Assembly: GCA_027858735.1 (NCBI GenBank)
Contig: JAQICC010000310.1
Location: 1-59,048 of the forward strand
Length of the DNA: 59,048 bases
Direction: 5' to 3'
DNA from: Salinivirgaceae bacterium
Lineage (GTDB): Bacteria > Bacteroidota > Bacteroidia > Bacteroidales > SZUA-534
Shown in pieces: positions 35,330 through 43,792 of the stretch. The notes beneath the pieces were generated by a model, which saw only the letters and a program-made list of their open reading frames with translations, was not told the origin of the DNA and did no database searches. Positions within the stretch are counted from its first letter, which is position 1, and every line of letters starts with the position of its first letter. The translations under genes were made by a program, and so were the position numbers.

Positions 35330-37318
35330 ATGAAAAAACTTTATACGTCTACCATCATCGCCAGTTTGCTTAGTTTTCTAATACTTTGCTCATGCACATC
35401 GAACAAACGGCCACTTACTACTGCTCAAATATTTGGAGATCAAATGGTTTTACAAGCCAATAAACCCATAAATATTTGGGGAACTTTCACTCCCAATGCC
35501 ACCATTACTGTGCTATTCCGTTCTCAATCGCTTAGCATCAAAGCCGATAAAAATGGCAAATGGAAGGCCTCTTTACAACCTGAAAATTATGGCACCGATG
35601 AACGTTTAATCATAAAAACTAAAACTGACACCCTAATATTTAATGATATTTCCGTGGGTGAAGTGTGGCTATGTTCTGGCCAATCGAATATGGAAATGCC
35701 CGTAATTAGCAATTGGGCTCAGGTAAACAATTCTCAAGATGAAGTTTCCAATGCCGATTATCCCGAAATCAGGCTATTTACAGTTGAGAAAAATATTTCA
35801 TTTAGTCCTATCAATACAATCGTAACGAAAGGGTGGCAAGCTTGCGATAGCAATTCGGTAAAATCGTTTTCAGCAAGCGCATACTTCTTTGGTCGTGAGT
35901 TGTATCAGAACCTTAAAGTACCCATTGGGCTAATTCACAGTTCGTGGGGCGGCACTGTTGCCGAAGCTTGGACTAGTGAAGCTGCTTTATTGAATCTTGA
36001 TGATTTTGCCGAAACTGCTAACTATATTAATAGTCTAACTGCATCAAAAGACTCACTGGCAAAAAAGTATTCAATAGATTCTGCTCAAATGATGAAAGAG
36101 ATCAGAATTGCTGACATAGGTTACGATGAAGAAAAAGCACTTTATGCAGCGGTAGATATTAATGATTCAGATTGGATGCCAATTAACTTGCCAAAAATGT
36201 GGGAAGAAACAGATTTGGGCGTTTATGATGGTTCAGGATGGTTTAGAAAAACCGTTGAAATTTCAGAAGCAATGGCAAAAAGTGAATTAACACTTTGCTA
36301 TGGTTCTGTTGACGATTCAGATGAGGCTTGGGTAAATGGCATAAAAGTTGGCGAAGAACAGGCTTGGGGCGTCCTGCGCAAATATCCGATACCTGAAGGT
36401 GTTGTAAAACAAGGTAAAAATCAAATTACAATACGTGTTTACGACTATGGTGGCGGTGGTGGTTTTATGAACGAAGCTAAAGATTATATGATAAAATCAA
36501 GTACCGGAAAAAGCATTTCAATAGCAAAAGGTTGGGTAGTAAAAAAAGGATTTGATTTTCAAAATATTGAAACCCATCCTGTTTCTGCTACAGATCCAAA
36601 CCAAACTACGGTTCTTTATAATGCAATGATAAACCCCTTAATTCCTTACTCTATTCAAGGTGCAATTTGGTATCAGGGCGAAAGCAATTCAGGTCGTGCT
36701 CATCAGTACCGTACATTATTTAAAACCATGGTTACTGATTGGCGTAAGCAATTTGAACAAGGTGATTTTCCATTTTATTTTGTACAATTGGCAAATTACT
36801 TACCTCGTAATACAGAACCTACCGAAGATGCGTGGGCTGAATTGCGCGAGGCACAAACCATGGCCTTGGAATTACCCAATACCGGTATGGCTGTAACTAT
36901 TGATATTGGCAATGCACTTGATATTCATCCGGGTAACAAGCAAGATGTGGGTAAACGGCTTGCTTTGAATGCGCTGGCAAAAACCTACAAGCAAAACATT
37001 GCTTATATGGGACCTTTATATAAGAGCTACAAAATAAAAGCGAATTCCATTGAAGTAGCCTTTCAATTCAATGAAGGCCTCTCCATTGCGAATGGCTCCA
37101 TACTTAAAGGATTTAGTATTTCGGGTAGCGACTCCGTATTTATTTGGGCTGACGCGATAATAGAAGGGAATAAAGTCAATGTTTCGCATCCTACTATTGA
37201 AAATCCAATAGCTGTTCGTTACGCCTGGTCTTCAAATCCGGATTGTAATCTAAGCAATGCAACAGGCTTACCAGCTTCACCTTTCAGAACCGATAATTGG
37301 AAAGGTATTACGGAATAA
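35330..37318 (+). CDS. Sialate O-acetylesterase-family (SASA) carbohydrate acetylesterase with inserted beta-sandwich (CE20-like architecture)
   Basis: GEVWLCSGQSNM, FSASAYFF, WGGT, IWYQGESN, VQLAN, DIHP.NK, AVRYAW; internal 'GWFRKTV...DDSDEAWVNG' domain. Confidence 0.88.
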   Translation: MKKLYTSTIIASLLSFLILCSCTSNKRPLTTAQIFGDQMVLQANKPINIWGTFTPNATITVLFRSQSLSIKADKNGKWKASLQPENYGTDERLIIKTKTDTLIFNDISVGEVWLCSGQSNMEMPVISNWAQVNNSQDEVSNADYPEIRLFTVEKNISFSPINTIVTKGWQACDSNSVKSFSASAYFFGRELYQNLKVPIGLIHSSWGGTVAEAWTSEAALLNLDDFAETANYINSLTASKDSLAKKYSIDSAQMMKEIRIADIGYDEEKALYAAVDINDSDWMPINLPKMWEETDLGVYDGSGWFRKTVEISEAMAKSELTLCYGSVDDSDEAWVNGIKVGEEQAWGVLRKYPIPEGVVKQGKNQITIRVYDYGGGGGFMNEAKDYMIKSSTGKSISIAKGWVVKKGFDFQNIETHPVSATDPNQTTVLYNAMINPLIPYSIQGAIWYQGESNSGRAHQYRTLFKTMVTDWRKQFEQGDFPFYFVQLANYLPRNTEPTEDAWAELREAQTMALELPNTGMAVTIDIGNALDIHPGNKQDVGKRLALNALAKTYKQNIAYMGPLYKSYKIKANSIEVAFQFNEGLSIANGSILKGFSISGSDSVFIWADAIIEGNKVNVSHPTIENPIAVRYAWSSNPDCNLSNATGLPASPFRTDNWKGITE

Positions 37319-37320
37319 TA

Positions 37321-37537
37321 CCACTATGGACTGAAAGCACCATAGGTTTAAGCTACGAATGAAATTCGTTTATATTTTAACAAGATGTTAGATTTTAGAT
37401 GTTAGATGTTACATTGAAAATTATTATTTTTTCTAATATCTAATATCACATATTTTTTTTAGAAGCTAAAGCGAGATGTAATGAAGTACATACCTGCCGG
37501 CAAAGGCAGAATTTTAACTACTAATGAGACCAATAAA
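37321..37537 (+). repeat. Composite palindromic element (related copies at 53431-53503 and 48236-48251)
   Basis: 37321-37344 matches 53431-53454 at 21/24. 37494-37537 matches 53460-53503 at 41/44. CGAATGAAATTCGTTT at 37356-37371 is identical to 48236-48251. Confidence 0.8.
37383..37452. repeat. Heptamer tandem repeat with inverted counterpart
   Basis: AGATGTT-AGATTTT-AGATGTT-AGATGTT (37383-37410), then TCTAATA-TCTAATA-TCACATA (37432-37452). Confidence 0.7.
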
Positions 37538-37582
37538 TAATTATAGATCAATTATTTTACAAATTAAAAAATAAGTATTGTT

Positions 37583-39094
37583 ATGAAAAATATTTACAAA
37601 ATCTTTGGTTATTCTTTTTTAATTATTGCTTACATATCTGTATATGGATGCAATAAAGAAGAAGGTAGTGATGAGGAAGAAGGTGGTGTTAAGGAACCTA
37701 TTGAGACATTTTACCTAACTGTTAATCCTGAAAGAATCGTGTTTCAACAAGAAAGCGATTCAGCCAGTATTACTATAGATACCGACGCACCTACATGGAA
37801 TTTAACCACAGATGCAGACTGGTTACAACTTAGCCAAACAGATGGGATCACTGGTACAAGCGCCGTTAATATAAGAGTTGCGGAATACGCAGGAACAAAT
37901 ACGCGTTCAACAAGCATAACAATAACTGCCGACGAAGCAGACACTATTAAGGTAACAATAACCCAAAACGGAGGTTTGTATCCAAGTTATAATTTAACTC
38001 CTAAGGAACCAGATGCATCAGGCATGAGCAATAGTGCAGAAGAGTTAGCGGCTAAAATACAATTGGGTTGGAACATAGGAAACTCATTGGAGGCTACTGG
38101 TGGTGAAACATCCTGGGGCAATCCTAAAATTACTAAAAATTTGATCGATTTGGTGAAGCAAAATGGTTTTAATGCCATTCGTATTCCTTGTGCATGGGAT
38201 GGATATATGGCAAATTCGGAAACCGCCGAGCTTAAAACCGATTGGCTAAACAGAGCTAAAGAGGTTGTACAATATTGTGTTGATAACGATATGTACGTAC
38301 TATTGAATATCCACTGGGATGGCGGTTGGCTTGAAAACAATTGCACTGCCGACAAACAGGAAGAAAACAATGCAAAACAAAAAGCTTTCTGGCAACAAAT
38401 AGCTACTCACATGCGCGATTTCGATGAGCATTTACTTTTTGCAAGCGCTAACGAACCCAATGTTGATGATGCCAATCAAATGCTTGTTTTAAATTCTTAT
38501 CATCAAACTTTTATTGATGCAGTTCGTTCAACAGGCGGAAAAAACAGCTACCGCACACTTGTAGTTCAGGGCCCATCAACCGATATTGATAAAACAAATA
38601 ATTTAATGAGGACTTTGCCAACTGATGAAATTGCAAATAGATTAATGGCTGAAATTCACTTTTATACTCCTTGGAATTTTTGTGGATTGGATAAAGATGA
38701 AAGTTGGGGTAGTATGTTTTATTATTGGGGTGAAGGTTATCACTCAACAACAGATACCGATCATAATGCAAATTGGGGCGAGGAAGATGCTGTAGATGCT
38801 CTATTTAAGAAAATGAAGAATCAGTTTATTGATAAAGGCATTCCTGTTATAATGGGCGAATATGGTGCAATCCGTCGTTCTGATTTAACTGGTGATGCCT
38901 TAACGGACCATTTAGCTTCAAGAGCTTACTATTTAAAGTACGTAACAAAACAAGCAAAAACCAATGGCTTACTTCCTTTTTATTGGGACAATGGTGGAAC
39001 AGGTAATAATTCATTTGGAATTTTTGACAGAAATACAAACACAGTATTTGATCAGCAAGCTTTAGATGCTTTAGTTGAAGGGGCTACGGAGTAA
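37583..39094 (+). CDS. BACON-GH5 (subfamily 4-like) endo-glucanase/xyloglucanase, surface lipoprotein
   Basis: Lipobox VYGC; BACON ('WNLTTDADWLQLS..G...RSTSITITA...VTITQ'); GWNIGNSLEA, AIRIP, NIHWDGGW, ANEP (acid/base), HFYTP, MGEYG (nucleophile), WDNG. Confidence 0.92.
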   Translation: MKNIYKIFGYSFLIIAYISVYGCNKEEGSDEEEGGVKEPIETFYLTVNPERIVFQQESDSASITIDTDAPTWNLTTDADWLQLSQTDGITGTSAVNIRVAEYAGTNTRSTSITITADEADTIKVTITQNGGLYPSYNLTPKEPDASGMSNSAEELAAKIQLGWNIGNSLEATGGETSWGNPKITKNLIDLVKQNGFNAIRIPCAWDGYMANSETAELKTDWLNRAKEVVQYCVDNDMYVLLNIHWDGGWLENNCTADKQEENNAKQKAFWQQIATHMRDFDEHLLFASANEPNVDDANQMLVLNSYHQTFIDAVRSTGGKNSYRTLVVQGPSTDIDKTNNLMRTLPTDEIANRLMAEIHFYTPWNFCGLDKDESWGSMFYYWGEGYHSTTDTDHNANWGEEDAVDALFKKMKNQFIDKGIPVIMGEYGAIRRSDLTGDALTDHLASRAYYLKYVTKQAKTNGLLPFYWDNGGTGNNSFGIFDRNTNTVFDQQALDALVEGATE

Positions 39095-39194
39095 TTATAA
39101 GAACAGTAGATTCGAGAATATGATATTTCCTTTTTAAGTCCGTTTAAACGACAATTTAGGTTATTGATAATTAAACTATTAAAATTATTTTTAT

Positions 39195-41816
39195 ATGAAA
39201 GTTAGATTTATTATACTATTGTTTTGTGTGAGCTTAATGCAAGGCAATTCTCTTATTGGACAAAACACCTTCAAAAACCCAATTTTAACAGGTATGAACC
39301 CCGACCCCACCATTGTAAGAGTGGGCGATGATTTTTATTTGTCAACCTCTACTTTTGAATATTTTCCGGGTTGTCCTGTCTATCATAGTAAAGATCTGGT
39401 GAATTGGAAACTGATTGGCCATGCACTAGATAGCGAAACAAACTGTCCGTTAATGGGCGCCGAATCGGGTACAGGGGGTAATTATGCAGCAACTTTGCGT
39501 TATTACAATGGTAAATTTTACTTGGCATGCACCAATTATGGAGGTGAAGGGTCGCAAGGCCAGTTTTATGTAACAGCCGAAAACCCAGCCGGTCCATGGT
39601 CCAATCCAATTTGGGTGGGTAATTGGAATGTTGATCCGTCAATGTTGTTTGTAAATGACTCGCTTTACTACCTAACTCCAAATAACGATGATGGTTTTCT
39701 ACTAGGTGTTATGAATCCCGAAGACGGTACCTACTATGAATCCTTAACCAAAATTGCATTAGGATTGGGTGGTTCATCACCTGAAGGTCCTCATTTATAT
39801 AAAATTAATGACTATTATTATTTAATGTCAGCTGAAGGTGGTACCGGTTATGAACACCGAGAGGTAATCCAACGAAGTTCCTCGCCATGGGGACCCTATG
39901 AAGTAAGTCCCACAAATCCGGTAATGTCTAATAAAGACGTTCCTGATCATCCGTTTCAAGCCATTGGTCATGCCGATTTTGTACAATTGCAAGATAGTAG
40001 TTGGTGGTCTGTTTGTTTAGGATATAGACCCAGAAACGGAAAATATCACCATTTAGGACGCGAAACCTTTTTAGCGCCAATTACCTGGAGCGAGGAGGGT
40101 TGGCCAAAAGTAGGAACCGATGGAATTGTTCAGCAAGAATACCCAGTACCCAATTTAACCGAGCATAAATGGGAGAAAGAAGCGGTACGAGATGATTTTG
40201 ACAATGACACCCTTCGTTTAGCATGGAATTTTATTCGCAATCCGAATGATGAAGATTGGTCATTAAGCGAAAATCCTGGCTATTTAAGACTAAATGGTTC
40301 AAGCCTTAATTTTAGCGAAAAAAAATCACCCACATTCATTGGTCGTCGTCAACCTGCCTTTGATGTAGTGGCTTCGGCAAAAATAAGTTTTGAACCCACT
40401 GCTGAAAATGAAGAGGCTGGTTTGGTAGTACGTGCCAACGATAAAAACCATTATGATTTATTAATTACAATGTTTGCCGGTAAAAAAGTAGTAACGCTTC
40501 GTAAGGTTTTGCAAGATGAAATTGTGAATCAGTTCTACAAAGAGATTTCGAATAACAAAGTAGTATTGCGGATAAGTGCCACCGATTTAGAATACAAATT
40601 TTGGGTGCAAGAGGAAGGCCATAAGGCTGAATTATTAGGTTCAGCAACTACCCAGGATATTTCAACGGAAAGGATTGGGGGTTTTACAGGAACCTATATA
40701 GGTATGTTTGCCACAGGGAATGGAGCGGCAAATACCAATCCTGCCGATTTCGATTGGTTCGATATGGAGGAAAATCCTACCTTACCTTATGATTGGTCAT
40801 TAGGTGATACAGAGCTCTTAAATAATATGGAAACTCCTAATGTTGCATCAATCTCCTCTCCTGCTTATGATCAGGTGAATGTGGTTTGGATCGATATTGA
40901 CAATGAAACGCACTATATAATTGAAAGGTTTGATGGTACTAAATTTGATTCAGTTGGAATTACACAGGCTAATGATACGGTTTTTACAGATACCGGACTT
41001 GAGGGTCAAATAATGTATATTTATCGTATTAAAGCTAAAAATGATGAGGGGTATTCATACCCTTCAATATCAGTGTCGGTTACTACATTACCAAAACCAG
41101 GGCCGTTTTACGGTGAACCTCTGCAAATTCCGGGTAAAATTGAAGCCGAAGATTATGATTATGGAGAGCAAAATGAAGCCTATTACGATAGCGATGACGT
41201 AAATAATTCTGGCGGATACAGAACGGATGGTGTTGATATTGAAACTTGCTCCGATTCGGGGGCGGGATTTAATATTGGTTGGATTGATAGTGGGGAATGG
41301 CTCACTTATACGGTTGATATTACCGATACCGTTGCTGATATTGAACTAAGAGTGGCATCGGAGAATGGAGGTAGCATTCGGCTTGAAATTGATGATGAGC
41401 AAATAGCATCAACTACTATTGAAAAAACAGGGGGATGGCAAGTTTGGAAAACCATAACTATACCTAATGTAAAACTGGCTAAAGGCGAAAACAAGAAACT
41501 AAAAGTGACCTTTGTAAGTAGTGGTTTTAACTTTAATTGGATAAATTTTAAAGACGTTATTACGAATAGTAAAAAAGAAGAAAAAGATGAAGGAGCAATA
41601 ATTTATCCAAATCCTAACAATTCGTTTTTTCAAATTAAAAATGCTAAGGAATACTCGAAGATTGAGATATTTTCAGTATCCGGAAAAATGTTAAAATCCA
41701 TAAATCTTGTTAATAGATCTTCGGTAGACATTTCCGACTTGGACAATGCTGTATTTTTGGGAAAATTATATTCTAATATTCTGGAAAGTTCTACTATTAC
41801 AATTATTAAGCAATAA
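39195..41816 (+). CDS. Multimodular GH43-C2-FN3-CBM6 enzyme with T9SS C-terminal domain
   Basis: NPILTGMNPDPTI, PEGPH, AEGGT, GHAD, GRETFL; FN3 'YIYRIKAKN'; CBM6 'IEAEDYD...GWIDSGEWLTY...TGGWQVW'; CTD 'IYPNP...IFSVSGK'. Confidence 0.9.
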   Translation: MKVRFIILLFCVSLMQGNSLIGQNTFKNPILTGMNPDPTIVRVGDDFYLSTSTFEYFPGCPVYHSKDLVNWKLIGHALDSETNCPLMGAESGTGGNYAATLRYYNGKFYLACTNYGGEGSQGQFYVTAENPAGPWSNPIWVGNWNVDPSMLFVNDSLYYLTPNNDDGFLLGVMNPEDGTYYESLTKIALGLGGSSPEGPHLYKINDYYYLMSAEGGTGYEHREVIQRSSSPWGPYEVSPTNPVMSNKDVPDHPFQAIGHADFVQLQDSSWWSVCLGYRPRNGKYHHLGRETFLAPITWSEEGWPKVGTDGIVQQEYPVPNLTEHKWEKEAVRDDFDNDTLRLAWNFIRNPNDEDWSLSENPGYLRLNGSSLNFSEKKSPTFIGRRQPAFDVVASAKISFEPTAENEEAGLVVRANDKNHYDLLITMFAGKKVVTLRKVLQDEIVNQFYKEISNNKVVLRISATDLEYKFWVQEEGHKAELLGSATTQDISTERIGGFTGTYIGMFATGNGAANTNPADFDWFDMEENPTLPYDWSLGDTELLNNMETPNVASISSPAYDQVNVVWIDIDNETHYIIERFDGTKFDSVGITQANDTVFTDTGLEGQIMYIYRIKAKNDEGYSYPSISVSVTTLPKPGPFYGEPLQIPGKIEAEDYDYGEQNEAYYDSDDVNNSGGYRTDGVDIETCSDSGAGFNIGWIDSGEWLTYTVDITDTVADIELRVASENGGSIRLEIDDEQIASTTIEKTGGWQVWKTITIPNVKLAKGENKKLKVTFVSSGFNFNWINFKDVITNSKKEEKDEGAIIYPNPNNSFFQIKNAKEYSKIEIFSVSGKMLKSINLVNRSSVDISDLDNAVFLGKLYSNILESSTITIIKQ

Positions 41817-41922
41817 CAGTAAGTTATTTTTGGTCGAGCCAAGACTATGAAAAAATGAAAACTTTTTTTTCAACCGTTCAATAAATCAATTTATTTAGAA
41901 GAAATTTAAAAACAAATCTGAC

Positions 41923-42555
41923 ATGAATAAAATTTACTTTCTAGGATTAATAATTGCAATAAGCTTATCAGCATGCAAGAAAGAAGTAGTTAAGATAGCT
42001 TGTGTTGGTGATAGTATTACTGAAGGACACGGCTTAGCTATACAAAGCAAAACAGGTTATCCGGTAGTTCTTGATCATATTTTAGGACCGAATTACACGG
42101 TTTTAAATTCTGGCAGAAGTGCTACCAACATGCAAAAGAAAGTTGATTTCCCCTATTGGATTTGTAAGGAATTTTCAAATACTTTTGCTTTTAAGCCCAA
42201 CATTATAGTTATAAAATTGGGAACTAACGATACCAAACCTTACAATTGGAATGCCGTTAATTATGAAAAGGATTATCAAGCTTTAATAGATACTTTTAAA
42301 ACCATTTCAACAAATCCGCTAATTTATTTATGCACACCTGCTCCTGTTTTTAAAACAGTTTGGGGCATTAACGATTCTACAGTAATAAATGGCGTTATTC
42401 CGGCCATTGAAAAATTGGCTAAACATAACCAACTTTCGGTAATCGACATTTACACCCTTATGCAAGATCAGGGAGCTAATTTCCCTGACAGCATTCATCC
42501 TAATGAGCAAGCAGTTGAAGTTATGGCTACAATTATTTCTAAAGCTATTAAATAA
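41923..42555 (+). CDS. SGNH/GDSL acetylesterase, lipoprotein
   Basis: Lipobox LSAC; CVGDSIT, GRSA, KLGTND, DSIHP. Confidence 0.88.
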   Translation: MNKIYFLGLIIAISLSACKKEVVKIACVGDSITEGHGLAIQSKTGYPVVLDHILGPNYTVLNSGRSATNMQKKVDFPYWICKEFSNTFAFKPNIIVIKLGTNDTKPYNWNAVNYEKDYQALIDTFKTISTNPLIYLCTPAPVFKTVWGINDSTVINGVIPAIEKLAKHNQLSVIDIYTLMQDQGANFPDSIHPNEQAVEVMATIISKAIK

Positions 42556-42700
42556 TGAACCGGCAAAAATTTATTTTGAGATGCTAGAGGGGTATAATGC
42601 CATTTAACGCATAGTATTTTTTGAGTTTAAAAAGGGTTAAATATTATTTTAAGGTGCTGAAACTTTGGTAGTATATGACATAAAAACATTACTTTTATAA

Positions 42701-42775
42701 AGGTGCAGAGCACCGATTATCTATATAGAAAATAGATATTATAATAGATATCAGGTGCGGAGCACTGTAATATTT
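42701..42775 (+). repeat. Left pair of REP-like hairpins flanking the transposase
   Basis: AGGTGC-AGA-GCACC-GATTATCTATATAGAAAA (42701-42732) and AGGTGC-GGA-GCACT-GTAATATTT (42753-42775); possible decayed third copy at 42651. Confidence 0.85.
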
Positions 42776-42791
42776 AACACAAAATAAACCA

Positions 42792-43434
42792 ATGGCAGAT
42801 ACATATGTGCAGGCGTATTTTCATCTTGTTTTTGCAGTTAAAAACAGGGATGCCTTAATACTAAAATCATGGAAAGGCGAATTAGAGAAATATATAACCG
42901 GTATTGTTCAAAACAATAATCAGAGACCTTTGCAAGGTGATAACGCTAGTAAATTACTCATCTTTTGTTCCATATCTTCGTTAAATATTTTTTAAAGTCC
43001 TCGAATACAAGAGTATGCTGCGGGTTTAAAAAATATTTTGCCTTAATCTGAAACAAAATATTTCGCCTTGCAAAGGTCTCAATCATAAACTAATTGCAGT
43101 TGGTTCAATGGCTGATCATATCCATATTTTTATTGGATATAATTTGAACCAGACAATCCCGGATTTAGTTGAAAACATCAAAACCTCAAGCAATCATTGG
43201 ATTAAAGAAAAAAAATTTACAAAATTTAGCTTTAGTTGGCAAAAAGGCTATGGTGCATTCACTCATTCTCATTCTCAAATTAACACAGTCGCTAAATATG
43301 TTTTAAGTCAGCATACACACCATCGTAAAAAAACATTCAGAGAAGAATATATGGAAATGCTAAATAAATTTGAAATAGCATATAAGAATGAATATGTATT
43401 CGACTTTTTTAATGATGTGAGCCATTTTGAATAA
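42792..43434 (+). pseudogene. tnpA: IS200/IS605-type Y1 (HUH) transposase, RAYT-like, disrupted by MITE insertion
   Basis: N-part MADTYVQAYFHLVFAVKNR...YITGIVQNNN; C-part HKLIAVGSMADHIH (HUH)...WQKGYGAF...KYVLSQ (catalytic Y-x3-Q). Deleting 42923-43085 (163 bp) gives one 480-nt ORF (159 aa). No tnpB follows. Confidence 0.92.
42923..43080. mobile_element. 158-bp non-autonomous MITE with 15-bp TIRs and 5-bp TSD
   Basis: TIR GAGACCTTTGCAAGG (42923-42937) / CCTTGCAAAGGTCTC (43066-43080); AATCA duplicated at 42918-42922 and 43081-43085; no transposase coding capacity; internal 14-bp IR at 42983-42996 / 43025-43038. Confidence 0.93.
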
Positions 43435-43503
43435 TATTACGGTGCTCTGCACCTTAATCAGGAGAATATGTTTTCTATAAATATTTCGGGTACTCTGTAC
43501 CCT
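43433..43503 (-). repeat. Right pair of REP-like hairpins (inverted relative to the left pair)
   Basis: AATATTAC-GGTGC-TCT-GCACCT (43433-43454) and TTTTCTATAAATATTTC-GGGTAC-TCT-GTACCCT (43471-43503), reverse complements of the left-hand units. Confidence 0.85.
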
Positions 43504-43603
43504 TTACGTGGAGTGCATTTAGTTCTTTTATTTTACTTCCGGGTCAAATAATTCAATCTAACGCAGTAGCTCAAAATAATATTTAAACAATAAACCTATT
43601 ATA

Positions 43604-43717
43604 ATGAAAAGTCTATTTTTGATTGTATCGTTTTGCATAACAATACTTTCAGGCAACTTATTTGCTCAAACAAAAGTTATTGATATTTGGCAAGGAAATG
43701 ACTTGATGTTACATTAA
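43604..43717 (+). pseudogene. Truncated 5' stub of a secreted protein (possibly an alpha/beta-hydrolase esterase)
   Basis: 37 codons, MKSLFLIVSFCITILSGNLFAQTKVIDIWQGNDLMLH*: a clean SpI signal (LFA|Q) followed by only ~15 mature residues. Confidence 0.5.
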
Positions 43718-43792
43718 AGGCATTATCTAAAAAACTTCAATAAAGGCCTGCTGCTAAAGGTAATATGAGTTGAATTCGAGTTGTTAATTTCC

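Noticed and set aside
39141-39150. Perfect palindrome CGTTTAAACG upstream of GH43-CBM6 as an operator
   Set aside because: Single 10-bp occurrence, no second copy noticed and no matching regulator in the window.
42651-42775. Mini CRISPR array (palindromic repeats ~50 bp apart)
   Set aside because: Only 2-3 divergent short units, mirrored in inverted orientation beyond tnpA, and no cas genes; fits REP-like ends.
42792-43434. Two separate small genes (67 aa and 108 aa), or a programmed frameshift in tnpA
   Set aside because: They are halves of one transposase separated by a 158-bp insertion with TIRs and a TSD; a 163-nt gap cannot be bridged by simple frameshifting.
43435-43790. tnpB/iscB or omega-RNA downstream of tnpA
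   Set aside because: No ORF or RuvC/zinc-finger motifs; only REP-like hairpins and a 37-codon stub.
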